51,347 nt of DNA from a virus: the UHGV virus genome UHGV-0208865, one strand, 5' to 3'. Position numbers and translations under genes: made by a program. The notes under the pieces were generated by a model. It was not told the origin of the DNA, did no database searches, and was given only the letters and a program-made list of their open reading frames with translations. Of this stretch, positions 10,056 to 20,294 are shown in pieces; positions within the stretch are counted from its first letter, which is position 1; the number at the start of each line of letters is the position of its first letter.

Positions 10056-10452
10056 GGGTAAGCCACCCACGCTGTTTACAGGTGCGCACGGCATGTTTGC
10101 TCGCGCGGTGCCTGTGTGGTTTGGAGATGAGAAAGACTCTGAGCCAATTCCTCAAACTGAATACACTAACCTTGATCTTGCGTTGTGCGCGGGTTATCAG
10201 TATTATCTTGACAGCCTGTGTAACAAGTGCGGTACGCCGCTCTGGTATGGTCGTAGTGAGCATAGTGCGATTGAGTTCCATGTAGAGACTTCTACGTGTT
10301 ATTCATGTGCTGAGCTTGATCGACATCGCGAGCACGCGAAGGAAACAAAGCCGGGTGAAAGCACGTACACGGTGATGGGCACTGTCGAATACTCGGACGG
10401 TACAAAAGAGCCGTTGCCTTCACCTCTTGAAGCGCTTGAGCAAGTTAGGTAG
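9931..10452 (+). CDS. Tail assembly chaperone frameshift extension (GT-like). Only the part after about 10040 looks protein-like. Alternatively it is an independent ORF from ATG near 10092.
   Basis: Overlapping ORF in frame +1 relative to 9429..10055. The overlapped 5' part reads as nonsense, and the protein-like sequence begins at AEGKPPTLFTGAHG. Conserved G/GT arrangement in siphoviruses. Confidence 0.4.
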   Translation: MRLRRWVLPLLKRFLTLRFVGTELSKPENQWMLLLLKTARAEGKPPTLFTGAHGMFARAVPVWFGDEKDSEPIPQTEYTNLDLALCAGYQYYLDSLCNKCGTPLWYGRSEHSAIEFHVETSTCYSCAELDRHREHAKETKPGESTYTVMGTVEYSDGTKEPLPSPLEALEQVR

Positions 10453-10499
10453 GAAAAGTCCCTGGTATCATTGAAGTGGTATCAGGGACTTTTCTTTTT
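10453..10499 (+). terminator. Strong hairpin plus T-run between the chaperones and the tape measure (attenuator/terminator)
   Basis: GAAAAGTCCCTGGTATC...GATACCAGGGACTTTTC-like stem of about 16 bp followed by TTTTTA. Confidence 0.45.
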
Positions 10500-10509
10500 A
10501 GGAGTTAAG

Positions 10510-13500
10510 GTGGCAGACGAGTCAATCAAGATTGATATTGACGTTAACGCTGCTGGAGCAGACAAGGCAGCACAGAGCATTGGTGCCCTGGAAAAGCAGA
10601 TTGGTTCGCTTCAGAGTGCTGTCGCTGCACTGAAGGCACCCTCTGGCCGTGGTGGTTCTGTTCTTGATTCTTTGCAGCTCGACAGCTCGAAGGTCAAGAA
10701 CCTGAAGGACTCTGCATCTGCGCTGAAGTCTGTGGCTGATGCTCTTGGCTCACTGAATAAGGCTGCTGGTGACGCGAGTAAGGCTGATCTTTCGGCGGGT
10801 GTCGATAAGGCTGTTTCGGCGTATCGACAGTTCATCCGTGAGACTCGCACGATGAACAACCTGAGTAAGGACCATATCGCTAAGCTGAAGGATACTGCCT
10901 CGGCTATGCGTGAGGTGGCTTCTGCGTCTAATGCTATGGCTGAGGCTGAGACGAAGGCGAAGAAGGCCCAGGCTCAATTGAACCAGTCGCAGGCACGTAA
11001 GACTGAGGCTCAGGCTGAAAAGCTGCGTGCTCAGGCAAGTGTGAAGCGTGAGGATAATGCCATCCCCTTGCAGAAGCAGAGGGGTAAGGACGAGCGTAGC
11101 CTTGTGAAGGCGAAGGGTGCTGAGGCCACTCGTCTTGCTGAGATTCAGGCACTCACCGCTTTGGAGCAGGCAGAGATTAGGGCGGCTGCAACGACGGCTT
11201 CTGCTGAGTCTAAGCGTGAAGCTGCTGTTGCTAGTGCGTCTGCGCGTATTGGTGCTGCTCGTGAGGCTGAAGTTGCGCGTACTGAGCGTGCTCGTATCCG
11301 CGAGGAAGAGCTGACTAAGCGTACTGCTATTCGTTCTGATGCTAGTACCGCTCGCAATAACGCTCGTGCGAGTGAGAAGGCTATTGAGAACGTCCGTTAT
11401 GCTGCACGCGACATGGCCGTGTATTACGGTGCTATCACGGCTGGTATTGGTCGTGTTGTGTCGTCTGCTGCTCAGGCTGGTATTGCGCAGGAGCGCGCAT
11501 TTGCTGACGTGGAGCGTACCGCGCAGGGTACTACGAGGTCTCTTAGTGAACTGAAGAGCGCTTACACTGAGCTTTCGACAACAACTACCATGTCTTTTGC
11601 TGATCTGTCGAAGATTGGTACGCTCGGTGCGCAGATGAGCATCCCGACGAACAAGTTGAAAGACTTTACGAAGGCTGTCGCAGAGTTCTCTACTGTGACT
11701 GGTATGGAAGTTGAGTCGGCTTCTACCGCGTTTGGTCGTTTCGGTGAGATGATGGGCAAGCTGCAAGAGTCGGCACCCGGCAAGGGTGACGGCTACGCGG
11801 TCCTCGCTAACCAGATCGCTGACTTGGGCGCTAAGTCTGTTGCGACTGAGCCTGAGATTGCGAACATGGCTGTGTCGATTGCTGCTCAGGGTAAGTCGGC
11901 TGGCTTCACCCAGAATGAGATTCTTGCCCTGTCGTCTACACTGTCGTCGCTCGCTATTCCGAAGGAATGGGCGCGCGGTTCGCTTCAGCGTATCTTCAAC
12001 TCGATCAATGCCGCTGCCGCTGAGGGTGGCGACAAGATGCACACGTACGCCCAGGCTGTCGGTGTGACTGATGAAGAGTTCCGTAAGCTGTGGCAGGACG
12101 ACCCGAACAAGGTGTTCCAGGGTATCTTGCAGAACCTTGCAGGTATTGGTGACAAGGTTGAGAAGGCTCAGGCAATTAAGGACTTGGGCTTCAAGAACGT
12201 GCGTGACGTTGAATTGCTGTCTCGTATGTCGAACAGTGTCGGCCTGTATGTCGAACAGTTGAAGGAGGCTGAGAGGGCTTCTAAGGGCACGACGTTCATT
12301 GATGAGTCGATGAACGTCATCATGGATACCTTGTCGGCTAAGATTGAGGCTTTCCAGCACGCTTTGCAGAACGCGGGCGCTGCCATGAACTCTAGCTTCA
12401 TGGTGCCTTTCAAGCTGCTGATTACTCTTGCGACAGGTGTTGTTAACGCTTTCGCTAAGCTGCCAGCACCTATTCAGGCGTTTGTTGGTGCGCTCGCGGC
12501 TGTGGCGACAGTGCGTGTTGGTCTTATGGCTGCGAAGGCTGCGGCTGTGTCGATGTCTGCAACGTACTTGCAGATGCAAAACCGCATGTTGCAGGCGACA
12601 GGTGCGCAGAAAGCCTCGTGGAGTGTCGTGTGGCAGGCTATTCGTCAGGCTCAGACGGCTACTGTCCAGTATGATTCGGCCCTTGCTGCTAACGTGGGTA
12701 CGGCTAATGCCGCTGCTGCGGCTAATCAGCGCCTTGCTGCTGCGGATAACATGGTGGCTGCGGCTGCGGGTAAGGCTGCTGCTGCGAAGAGCGCTCAGAA
12801 CACTGCTCAAGTGGCTTCTGCTGGCGCGTCTGCTGCGGCTGCGGGTGCTCAGGTTGCGGCTGGTGCCGGTCAGGCTGTGGGTGCGTTGACCAAGCTGTCG
12901 TCTGTGGGTTCTGGCTTGATGTCGATGTTCGGCGGGCCGTGGGGTCTTGTCATTTCTGCTGCCATTACTGCTGTATCTGTCGGCGCTACATACCTTGGTG
13001 ATGCTTTCCAGGAGTCGTCGGCTAAGGCTGACGAATTTAAGAACGCTGTGGGCGGCTCTTCAGCTATTCTGAACGCTTTGGCTCAGGATACAAAGGAAGT
13101 CGGTAATGGCACACAGACTGGCTTTATGGAGCTGAACGCAGCGATTGAACAGAATGGTGAAGTTCTCACCTCTAACGGCCAGGCGCTTGGTTACTACATT
13201 GATAAGTCCGGTCAGGTTGTTCAGGCTACCCACGAGCAGGCCGAGGCAATGGGCTTCTCGACCTTGAAGATCGGTGAGCACACCCAAGCATTGATTATGG
13301 ATGCTGTTCAGGGGTCTGATGCCTTTAAGAACATGTCGAAAGAAACTAAGCAGGCCCTTGTCGATATGGGCTTCTCGTACGCTAAGTACATTAAGCTCGC
13401 GTCCACCTCTGAGGCTCAGGGTGGTGGTCAGAAGGCTGCTGATGCTTACGTGAACGGGTATATCGAGCAGATTAAGGCTCGCAAGGCTGACGCTGTTAAT

Positions 13501-15771
13501 GCTGTTAACAGTACAATTGTTGACACTGGCACCATGAATGGTACGGGTGGCGGCAATGCTGCTGCTAACCAGAAGCGTGCTGAAGCTGCTCAGCCGTACA
13601 ACCAGCAGATTGAAGCTCTGGAAGGTCTGAAGTCTAAGACCGAGGGTGTCGGCGGCGCTATGCGTGACGCTCTGAATGACGCTGCACTCTTTAATCAGGG
13701 TATTGAAGAAACAGGTGACGCAGCGGAAGAAGCCGGTCTGAAGATTGGTGATGCTAAGGGCGAGTTTCATAGCATGGCAGAGGCTATCCGCTCTGTCCTT
13801 GACGAGATGTTCTCTTCGACAGACGCGGCTGCTGCTCTCGATTCGTCGTTGCAGCAGGTGTACGAGTCGATGCAAGAGCACGGCACGTCGATGGACCCGA
13901 ACAGCCCAGACGGCCAGGCGAACATTGCTGCTATCTCGGATTACTTCGAGAAGATGGGCAACGCCGCTGCTGCTGGTATTGAGGAAATGGGTCTGACTGG
14001 CGAAGAGGCGTACCAGTACGCGCAGAACTCGATTCAGGACACGATTGACTTCCTTGCTGCACAGGGTTTCGACATGAGCCAGTTCGAGCAGCAACGGGAC
14101 ACTATGGCCGCGATTATCGCTCAGCCGTATCAGTCCGGCGAGGTTGACCATAGTGCCACGGATGCGTCTCTTGGTCAGATGGTTGATAACGCGGCTCAAG
14201 CTGTGTCGCAGGCTCAAGGTTTCCTCGGCAAGGTGCAGGCTATCTGGCAGTCGATTCAGGGCTACATGGGCGCTATCGGCGGCTCGAAGTCGAAGACTGG
14301 CAAGGGTTCGTACACTGCGGGTCAAAAGTCCAAGATTCGTATGCCAACGTTCGCTAACCGCAACAATGGTACGTCGGCGTTTAGTGGCAACAACTTCAAG
14401 GCTAAGCCGTCTCGCTCCGGTGGGGGTGGCGGTGGCCGTTCACCTCGTTCCGGTGGGGGTGGCGGTGCGTCTCGTGCTCGTAAGGAAACGAAGACCGCAG
14501 CCGAGATTTTCGAGGACTTCCTGTCGCGCTTGAAGTCTGCTCTCGACAAGGCGTTGTCTACTTGGTGGCGCTCTACGACTGCTCAGGACAATTACCGTAA
14601 GGGTCTTAACAGCCTGAAGAAGGATGTTGAGGGCACGACGAAGAAGGTTTCTGATCTTCGTAAGGAGAATGAGAAACTTGCGTCGGATATGCGTAAGAAC
14701 CAGCAGGAGTTGCACGACGCTGAGTTCTTCCATGCTGTCGCTGTGAAGTATGGTGACACGGAGCGTGCGCAGTCTACTCAGGTTGATATTGACGAGGCTA
14801 AGCAGAAGATCAACGAGGGGCAGACGAAGATTGCTGACAACGACAAGGAGATTGCAACCCTCCAAGCCGGGCAGTTTGCACTGAAGGGCTACACCGAGGC
14901 TGCTATTGCTAACCGTGAGGCTTTGCGGTCGTTGCAGTCTCAGATGATTGGTCTGATTGAGGCGTATGCTGCTGCTGGTCATTCGACACAGGAGATTGAG
15001 GCGTACACGCAATCGCTGAAGCAGCAGTTTATTGACCAGGTTACTCAGCTCGGGTTCAACCAGGGTGAAGTTACTGAATTGGCTGGAGCTTTCGACAGCT
15101 TGACTTCTACTATCGGTCAGGTTCCTCGTGAGGTGAAAGAGCATGTGACCGATAATGGCACTGTCGGTTCGACACAGGATGCTATTGACTCGCTTCACTC
15201 TAATGGTGTGACGGTTCCTGTTCAGCCTAGCCATAGTGAGCTTAATGTCAGGATTCGTTACCAGATTGATGAAGCGTCTTATGCCGCCGCGCTTAATGCC
15301 GCGCGGATGAATCCGCTGGGTAGTCAGAATCGTACTGTTCGTACCCGTTCTGGTAGGAACATTGGAACTATCTACACGGGTGGCCTGCTGTCGAAGGCTA
15401 ACTATCTGCCTGGTTTTGCGGGTGGTGGCTTGTTGCCTGGTCGTCCTCCGGCTAACCCGAAGGCCGACAACCTTATGGCTACGGACGGTAAGGGCATGTT
15501 CCGTGTTCGTAGTGGCGAGTACGTGATTTCTCAGCCCGCTGTCGATTTCTACGGCAAGAACTTCATGAACGCCTTAAACACGATGCAAGTGCCCGTGTCG
15601 GCTGGTGGTGTCTATGCTATGGGTGGTAGCTCTGATCTTGTTACAATTAACCCAGCACAATTTAATCAGTTGGTGAAGGCTGTTTCGACTTCGATCATGC
15701 TTGATGGTCGCTCGATTAGCCAGAGCATCGACAACGGCAATATGAGGACAGGTAATCGTGGTGTCTACTAG
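10510..15771 (+). CDS. Tape measure protein
   Basis: 1753 aa from GTG 10510 (RBS TAGGAGTTAAG). Ala/Gln-rich coiled-coil N-terminal half, hydrophobic central segments, and a Gly-rich SGGGGGGRSPRSGGGGG tract. Confidence 0.85.
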   Translation: MADESIKIDIDVNAAGADKAAQSIGALEKQIGSLQSAVAALKAPSGRGGSVLDSLQLDSSKVKNLKDSASALKSVADALGSLNKAAGDASKADLSAGVDKAVSAYRQFIRETRTMNNLSKDHIAKLKDTASAMREVASASNAMAEAETKAKKAQAQLNQSQARKTEAQAEKLRAQASVKREDNAIPLQKQRGKDERSLVKAKGAEATRLAEIQALTALEQAEIRAAATTASAESKREAAVASASARIGAAREAEVARTERARIREEELTKRTAIRSDASTARNNARASEKAIENVRYAARDMAVYYGAITAGIGRVVSSAAQAGIAQERAFADVERTAQGTTRSLSELKSAYTELSTTTTMSFADLSKIGTLGAQMSIPTNKLKDFTKAVAEFSTVTGMEVESASTAFGRFGEMMGKLQESAPGKGDGYAVLANQIADLGAKSVATEPEIANMAVSIAAQGKSAGFTQNEILALSSTLSSLAIPKEWARGSLQRIFNSINAAAAEGGDKMHTYAQAVGVTDEEFRKLWQDDPNKVFQGILQNLAGIGDKVEKAQAIKDLGFKNVRDVELLSRMSNSVGLYVEQLKEAERASKGTTFIDESMNVIMDTLSAKIEAFQHALQNAGAAMNSSFMVPFKLLITLATGVVNAFAKLPAPIQAFVGALAAVATVRVGLMAAKAAAVSMSATYLQMQNRMLQATGAQKASWSVVWQAIRQAQTATVQYDSALAANVGTANAAAAANQRLAAADNMVAAAAGKAAAAKSAQNTAQVASAGASAAAAGAQVAAGAGQAVGALTKLSSVGSGLMSMFGGPWGLVISAAITAVSVGATYLGDAFQESSAKADEFKNAVGGSSAILNALAQDTKEVGNGTQTGFMELNAAIEQNGEVLTSNGQALGYYIDKSGQVVQATHEQAEAMGFSTLKIGEHTQALIMDAVQGSDAFKNMSKETKQALVDMGFSYAKYIKLASTSEAQGGGQKAADAYVNGYIEQIKARKADAVNAVNSTIVDTGTMNGTGGGNAAANQKRAEAAQPYNQQIEALEGLKSKTEGVGGAMRDALNDAALFNQGIEETGDAAEEAGLKIGDAKGEFHSMAEAIRSVLDEMFSSTDAAAALDSSLQQVYESMQEHGTSMDPNSPDGQANIAAISDYFEKMGNAAAAGIEEMGLTGEEAYQYAQNSIQDTIDFLAAQGFDMSQFEQQRDTMAAIIAQPYQSGEVDHSATDASLGQMVDNAAQAVSQAQGFLGKVQAIWQSIQGYMGAIGGSKSKTGKGSYTAGQKSKIRMPTFANRNNGTSAFSGNNFKAKPSRSGGGGGGRSPRSGGGGGASRARKETKTAAEIFEDFLSRLKSALDKALSTWWRSTTAQDNYRKGLNSLKKDVEGTTKKVSDLRKENEKLASDMRKNQQELHDAEFFHAVAVKYGDTERAQSTQVDIDEAKQKINEGQTKIADNDKEIATLQAGQFALKGYTEAAIANREALRSLQSQMIGLIEAYAAAGHSTQEIEAYTQSLKQQFIDQVTQLGFNQGEVTELAGAFDSLTSTIGQVPREVKEHVTDNGTVGSTQDAIDSLHSNGVTVPVQPSHSELNVRIRYQIDEASYAAALNAARMNPLGSQNRTVRTRSGRNIGTIYTGGLLSKANYLPGFAGGGLLPGRPPANPKADNLMATDGKGMFRVRSGEYVISQPAVDFYGKNFMNALNTMQVPVSAGGVYAMGGSSDLVTINPAQFNQLVKAVSTSIMLDGRSISQSIDNGNMRTGNRGVY

Positions 15772-16681
15772 GGGTTGCACAACCCGTGAGGTTTGTTTCG
15801 GTGTGGGGAACGACATTGTTGAGTGGTTCCCCGCACCGGACGAGTCGCCTGTTTCGACTAATGTCCATTCGGGCGACTCGCAGCGCCTATTGAATGGTCT
15901 CGCCTACATGGGTGGTTCTATGTATGGTGGTAGGCATTATGAGCTGTCGTGGTCATTCTTGAATCGCGAGCAGGCTAATACGTTCCGTGAGCTGTTTATG
16001 AACAGGACGGGCGAGTGGGTGACGTATCTGGACCCGTTCTCGATGAAGAACGTGTTGTCGCCTTTGATGGGTTTGCCATACTTGCATTACCATGTTGGTT
16101 CGCCGTTTGCTTTCAATGATTGGGGTAAGCAAGCACTGTTTCCTACGAAGGCTAACAATTCTCAGTCTGGGCATCCGGGTGTCGTGCTGAAGGCTGGTGT
16201 CCTTCAGATGAACAACAAGTTCCAGTCTACCGTTGATCGTCTGAATGGGCGGCAGGTGTCTTTGGCTTTGTCGAAGGTTGGAAGTTACACTGAGCGTGTT
16301 CTTGTGCCCGAAGGCCATAAGGGCGTGTTTTTGTCGTCTGGGCCGGAAGATGGTAAGAGTCCGTTTGCGTTTAATTTCCGTAAATTGACTGGTGTCTCTG
16401 ACACCTTCACTATCAATAAGAATACGGTGCGCGCACTTGATCCCGGTTTGTGGGAGTTGTCGATTCTTCCGAGGTTTGAAGGTGGACTCGATTGGACTAT
16501 GCTTCAGATCGTGCCCGAGGATACACACATCGACACAGCCGTTAACCTGTATGAGTTCGCGTATCCTTCAGGTGGTGGGAATCTTCAGGTTGTTCCTGGC
16601 TCGGCTAGTGTCGTGACTGTCAACAACTATCGTGGTCATTACACAGCTTCTGTGACGTTGGAGGAGGTTTACTCATGGTGA
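15758..16681 (+). CDS. Distal tail protein (Dit) candidate
   Basis: 307 aa immediately after the tape measure. Start uncertain (GTG 15758 overlaps the tape-measure end). Confidence 0.5.
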   Translation: MVSTRGCTTREVCFGVGNDIVEWFPAPDESPVSTNVHSGDSQRLLNGLAYMGGSMYGGRHYELSWSFLNREQANTFRELFMNRTGEWVTYLDPFSMKNVLSPLMGLPYLHYHVGSPFAFNDWGKQALFPTKANNSQSGHPGVVLKAGVLQMNNKFQSTVDRLNGRQVSLALSKVGSYTERVLVPEGHKGVFLSSGPEDGKSPFAFNFRKLTGVSDTFTINKNTVRALDPGLWELSILPRFEGGLDWTMLQIVPEDTHIDTAVNLYEFAYPSGGGNLQVVPGSASVVTVNNYRGHYTASVTLEEVYSW

Positions 16682-18474
16682 TGCAGGCTATTGGGTTCCC
16701 CAATAATAAACTAACTGGTTGGTCTGTCGTTGAGGATGCAGTATCGCTTGACCGCGATTCGACAACGGGTGGTTTCTCTGAGTATTCTCTTGAGGGTGCC
16801 GGATACGTTGAGGCTGCGGATGTGATGACGAAGGAGATTCGTCTTGACAGTCCTGTTTTTGGCCGTACTCACGCATTTGTCCGGTCAATTACTAACACCC
16901 CGTGGTCGTGGTCTGCGACGTTGAATGACCCTTTCTATCGTCTTGATGTGTCTGCTGAGGTTAAGCACCTTCAGGACGTGACGATGGACAAAGTTATCTC
17001 GCAGGTGTTCAAGGCTGCGGGTGTCGAGTCCCCAAAGGTGTATGTTGCTAAGCCGACTGCTAATGAGCGTAACCCATTTATTGCACCTAAGACCACTATT
17101 GCGACTAAAACGTACGATTTTGTTGGTGGTAAGGGTAATTTGTGGACTATCCTCAAGAGCTTCTTGTCTGCTAACAATTATCAGATTACGTGGGTTTATG
17201 ACACGATTATTCTGTTCGAGAACCACACGGTCCTTACGAGGTTCCAAGGCTCTACTGTAGACTATTCGATTCAGTGGGTTATTGGTGAGCCTTTCTCACA
17301 TATTGAGTGTACCTACTACCCTCCTGTAGTCCATGCCACGTCCTCGGACTACAAATCTGGCAATATTGGGGGTACTCGGCCTACTGTTCCAGGCGAAGAT
17401 CGTATTAGTCTTATCCACCCGCAACCGTCTAACAACAAGACGACAGTGGAGTCTATTAAGGCTGCTGAGGTTTTGTCGGTAGAGTCCGGAGAGACTAAAG
17501 AGTTTGTGCTTGAGATTCAAGGGACGATTGATTACCTGTATTCTCAGCCTGAGTGTGTGATGCCTAACGAGGTTGGCACCGACTTCAACATTAGGACTCG
17601 CGCTAACAATCAGACCTATTTCGCTCGTTCTGTGTATTCAGTCGTTGGTAAGGACAACAAGCCGATTACACCCGCGCAGTGGTATGCCGAGGGTGGTTCG
17701 CTCCATATCGAGAAAGGTGACGAGGCGAACCAGATCAAAGTGACTGTGACGGGCATGTCGAATGAGCGTCTAGCCCCTTACCGTATTGCCGAGTCGGACG
17801 GTCAGACCGACTACAGCACACTACGTATTTACGGGCACGCTTACCTGTGTGATCAGGAGACGTTGACGTTCTACACAGGCTACCCGTACAAGACGGATGC
17901 TGTGAAGATCGACAGCATGAACCTAACGACTAAGACCCAGGCGTATGAGGCTTGTGTGTATAAGGCTCAGAGTGCGTTTGGCTATTCTGCTGAGATGAAT
18001 TGGACTGGCACTGTTCCAATGCACGAGTCATACACGGATGTCGTGTATGACTTCGAGCGTGAACCTGTGTACTTGTCCGATGTCGATGCTTTTACGGGTG
18101 CGCCCCTACCAGAGAAGGCTGCTGAGAAGTGGCCGCAGGGTACGACCATGAAGAAGATCATGGACGACTTGTTGGAGTTCACGAAGAACAAGCCTGTGGT
18201 ATCGAATCAGCAGGTGTTTGGCCGCATTGCTGGGACGACAGCGGTGTATGACCGTTTTACGTGGCATATTAAGTCGGCTTCGTATGATGAGTCGAGTGTG
18301 AAAGCCTCTTGTGAAGCGCTTACTCAGGTGTCAGATGTTGCTACAATATTCGATAGGCCACGGGTTGCGGATTATCCTCTTGAGGCTGGTATTACGCTTC
18401 GAGAGTTGACGTTGAAAGGAGTGATGCACAATGAAGCACAATCTGCCGACCCCATCCCAGGCATGGGGAAGTGA
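16675..18474 (+). CDS. Tail-associated / baseplate protein (Tal-like)
   Basis: 599 aa after Dit. Synteny. Confidence 0.5.
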   Translation: MVMQAIGFPNNKLTGWSVVEDAVSLDRDSTTGGFSEYSLEGAGYVEAADVMTKEIRLDSPVFGRTHAFVRSITNTPWSWSATLNDPFYRLDVSAEVKHLQDVTMDKVISQVFKAAGVESPKVYVAKPTANERNPFIAPKTTIATKTYDFVGGKGNLWTILKSFLSANNYQITWVYDTIILFENHTVLTRFQGSTVDYSIQWVIGEPFSHIECTYYPPVVHATSSDYKSGNIGGTRPTVPGEDRISLIHPQPSNNKTTVESIKAAEVLSVESGETKEFVLEIQGTIDYLYSQPECVMPNEVGTDFNIRTRANNQTYFARSVYSVVGKDNKPITPAQWYAEGGSLHIEKGDEANQIKVTVTGMSNERLAPYRIAESDGQTDYSTLRIYGHAYLCDQETLTFYTGYPYKTDAVKIDSMNLTTKTQAYEACVYKAQSAFGYSAEMNWTGTVPMHESYTDVVYDFEREPVYLSDVDAFTGAPLPEKAAEKWPQGTTMKKIMDDLLEFTKNKPVVSNQQVFGRIAGTTAVYDRFTWHIKSASYDESSVKASCEALTQVSDVATIFDRPRVADYPLEAGITLRELTLKGVMHNEAQSADPIPGMGK

Positions 18475-19039
18475 CATTGATAGGCGCGTAGCGTATCTTG
18501 AGAATGACATGACCTTGATGAAGAGCAAGGTTAGTAATTCTTATGATGCTGTTAGTGCCTTGACTTCGACACGTGCTGCTAACGGTGTTGCCCAGCCGTT
18601 CTACCATGAGTTGTTCATTGAACAGCCAGGTGCGAGGCCCGGTATTGGTGCGTATGAGGACTTGTGGACTGTGCCCCTTGACTGGGGTTATTCTGGTTCG
18701 TTCATGCAGTTGTCGATCACGGGCTACCTCTACTTGCCAACGAAGGAAATCAACCTCGATAACTACACCCAGCCACAAGCTGTCGTTGGTGTGCGTGATA
18801 CCCAACTGCGTGAACGAAAGCTGGTTAGCCACACTAATCAGCTCCTAGAGCGCCAGAATAACAGGACACAGTATGCTCTGTCCTGTTCGTTGTCGTTTAC
18901 GATGGTTGTTGATTTCGATAACTTCCAATATGGCTTTGCCTTTATTGGGCTTCAGGGGTTGCTCGGACAGCCTGGTTACATTGACAATTACAATGGGCGG
19001 GCACACTTGTCTGTCCAACTCTCGGGAGTGAGGTACTAA
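18431..19039 (+). CDS. Minor tail protein
   Basis: RBS GAAAGGAG. 202 aa. Confidence 0.4.
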   Translation: MKHNLPTPSQAWGSDIDRRVAYLENDMTLMKSKVSNSYDAVSALTSTRAANGVAQPFYHELFIEQPGARPGIGAYEDLWTVPLDWGYSGSFMQLSITGYLYLPTKEINLDNYTQPQAVVGVRDTQLRERKLVSHTNQLLERQNNRTQYALSCSLSFTMVVDFDNFQYGFAFIGLQGLLGQPGYIDNYNGRAHLSVQLSGVRY

Positions 19040-19040
19040 C

Positions 19041-19721
19041 ATGGGTACGATTAACGATCAGGGCATCTGGAATTACAGCGACAGCGATATTGTGCAGTCG
19101 TGGCCGGTGTTTATGAATCTTGGTTTCAACTCCGTATCGGATGTTGTGAAGGGTCTGCAAAAGGGCCGTGTCATTATTGCTAATAACGCGAGCGATTATG
19201 ACACTAAGCTGGCCGCTATTCGTAAGTCTAGTGCTGGACAGTTCGATGTGTTGATTTACCGTAAGGACACTGGTGAGTTCCTTGTCAACACGAATGGACA
19301 GCTGACTAAGGTCAGCGGTGGCGACATCGAAGTCGATTACGTTAACGACAACCGCGCCTTTGGTACGTGGTACCGCTATGGTGTGAATGGCGCTAATGCG
19401 CAGATTAGCCAGAACATTATGCTGCCAAAGAAGGGTGTTTGGCTAATCACGCCACATATCACGATTTCTAATGACTCTACAGCCGGTGCGGCCAACGCGA
19501 ACATCGACCTCTTCTGCTCTGTCGCAGGTGCCCCGCACAAGAACGTCGGTGCTATGAATACGTACAACCAGCCAAGTTGTTTCTTGTTCACAGGTAGCCC
19601 TATCCCGTACTATGCCAACACACCTAACAAGAGCGTTGCGGTTGCTGTCAAGATCGCTTGTTCGACAGGCGCTAACGTCGGTTGGGGTGGCCTGACAGTC
19701 GGTGCTGCGAAGATCGGTTGA
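19041..19721 (+). CDS. Tail fibre / receptor-binding protein candidate
   Basis: RBS GGGAGTGAGG. 226 aa Gly/Asn-rich beta-type composition. Last gene of the structural operon. Confidence 0.4.
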   Translation: MGTINDQGIWNYSDSDIVQSWPVFMNLGFNSVSDVVKGLQKGRVIIANNASDYDTKLAAIRKSSAGQFDVLIYRKDTGEFLVNTNGQLTKVSGGDIEVDYVNDNRAFGTWYRYGVNGANAQISQNIMLPKKGVWLITPHITISNDSTAGAANANIDLFCSVAGAPHKNVGAMNTYNQPSCFLFTGSPIPYYANTPNKSVAVAVKIACSTGANVGWGGLTVGAAKIG

Positions 19722-19784
19722 TGTGCTATACTAGTCGGTGACAATTATTCACCTCCGTGTGAGTGTTGTTGGGTGTGAGGCACA

Positions 19785-19829
19785 GAAAACCCCTCTGCTA
19801 GTTCTCCTTTCCTAGCAGAGGGGTTTTCC
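19785..19829. terminator. Bidirectional rho-independent terminator separating the convergent late (+) and early (-) operons
   Basis: AAAACCCCTCTGCTAG...CTAGCAGAGGGGTTTT perfect 16-bp stem flanked by an A-run and a T-run. Confidence 0.7.
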
Positions 19830-20294
19830 CTATCTGGGCCACCCGTTGTCGAGTGTCCACTTGTGTTTCAGCTCGTGAACCAGGTAGTACACGAGGTGCC
19901 GGAAGGCATCACGGACATCGTTTGCGTCCTTGTAGCTCACATCTTTCCCTGTGAGCCACCATCCTAGGTTCTTCAGTGTCGCGTCCTTGACCAGGCCCTT
20001 GGCTTGTGCAGGTGTCTGGTAGTGGATGTCATCGACAAACCAGTCAAGGATTGCGTTCACCTTCACGGGGGTAAGGTCTGCTGTGAACTTGTTGGAAGGT
20101 CGCAGGTCGAACTGTTCAGCAACGACAGTAGCCTGCGGGTACTCGTCAAGGTAGTGCTTGATGAGTTCCGCTGTCTCGACATGTGTCGCACAGATGAACT
20201 GGTCGAAGTGTAGAATCTCCACCTCTTCTTCAACACGTGCCACAACGAGGCCGGTGTTCACACCGGGGTCAATTGCTATTACTGTCGTCGTCAT
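19830..20294 (-). CDS. RuvC-like Holliday junction resolvase
   Basis: Start MTTTVIAIDPGVNTGLVVARV (RuvC motif I-like IDPG), with RBS GGAGGAAGATAATG. 154 aa. Confidence 0.6.
   Translation of the reverse strand: MTTTVIAIDPGVNTGLVVARVEEEVEILHFDQFICATHVETAELIKHYLDEYPQATVVAEQFDLRPSNKFTADLTPVKVNAILDWFVDDIHYQTPAQAKGLVKDATLKNLGWWLTGKDVSYKDANDVRDAFRHLVYYLVHELKHKWTLDNGWPR

Noticed and set aside
10471-10509. Tape measure start at 10471 (MKWYQGLFFLGVK...)
   Set aside because: That start lies inside the terminator hairpin. The GTG at 10510 has a proper RBS and the protein-like sequence begins there.
10750-12810. 686-aa ORF on the minus strand inside the tape measure gene (also 13060-14325 minus and 14440-15234 minus)
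   Set aside because: It is antisense to a long, well-supported + strand gene. The Arg/Ser/Leu-rich low-complexity translation is typical of out-of-frame or antisense reading of GC-rich, Ala-rich coding DNA.
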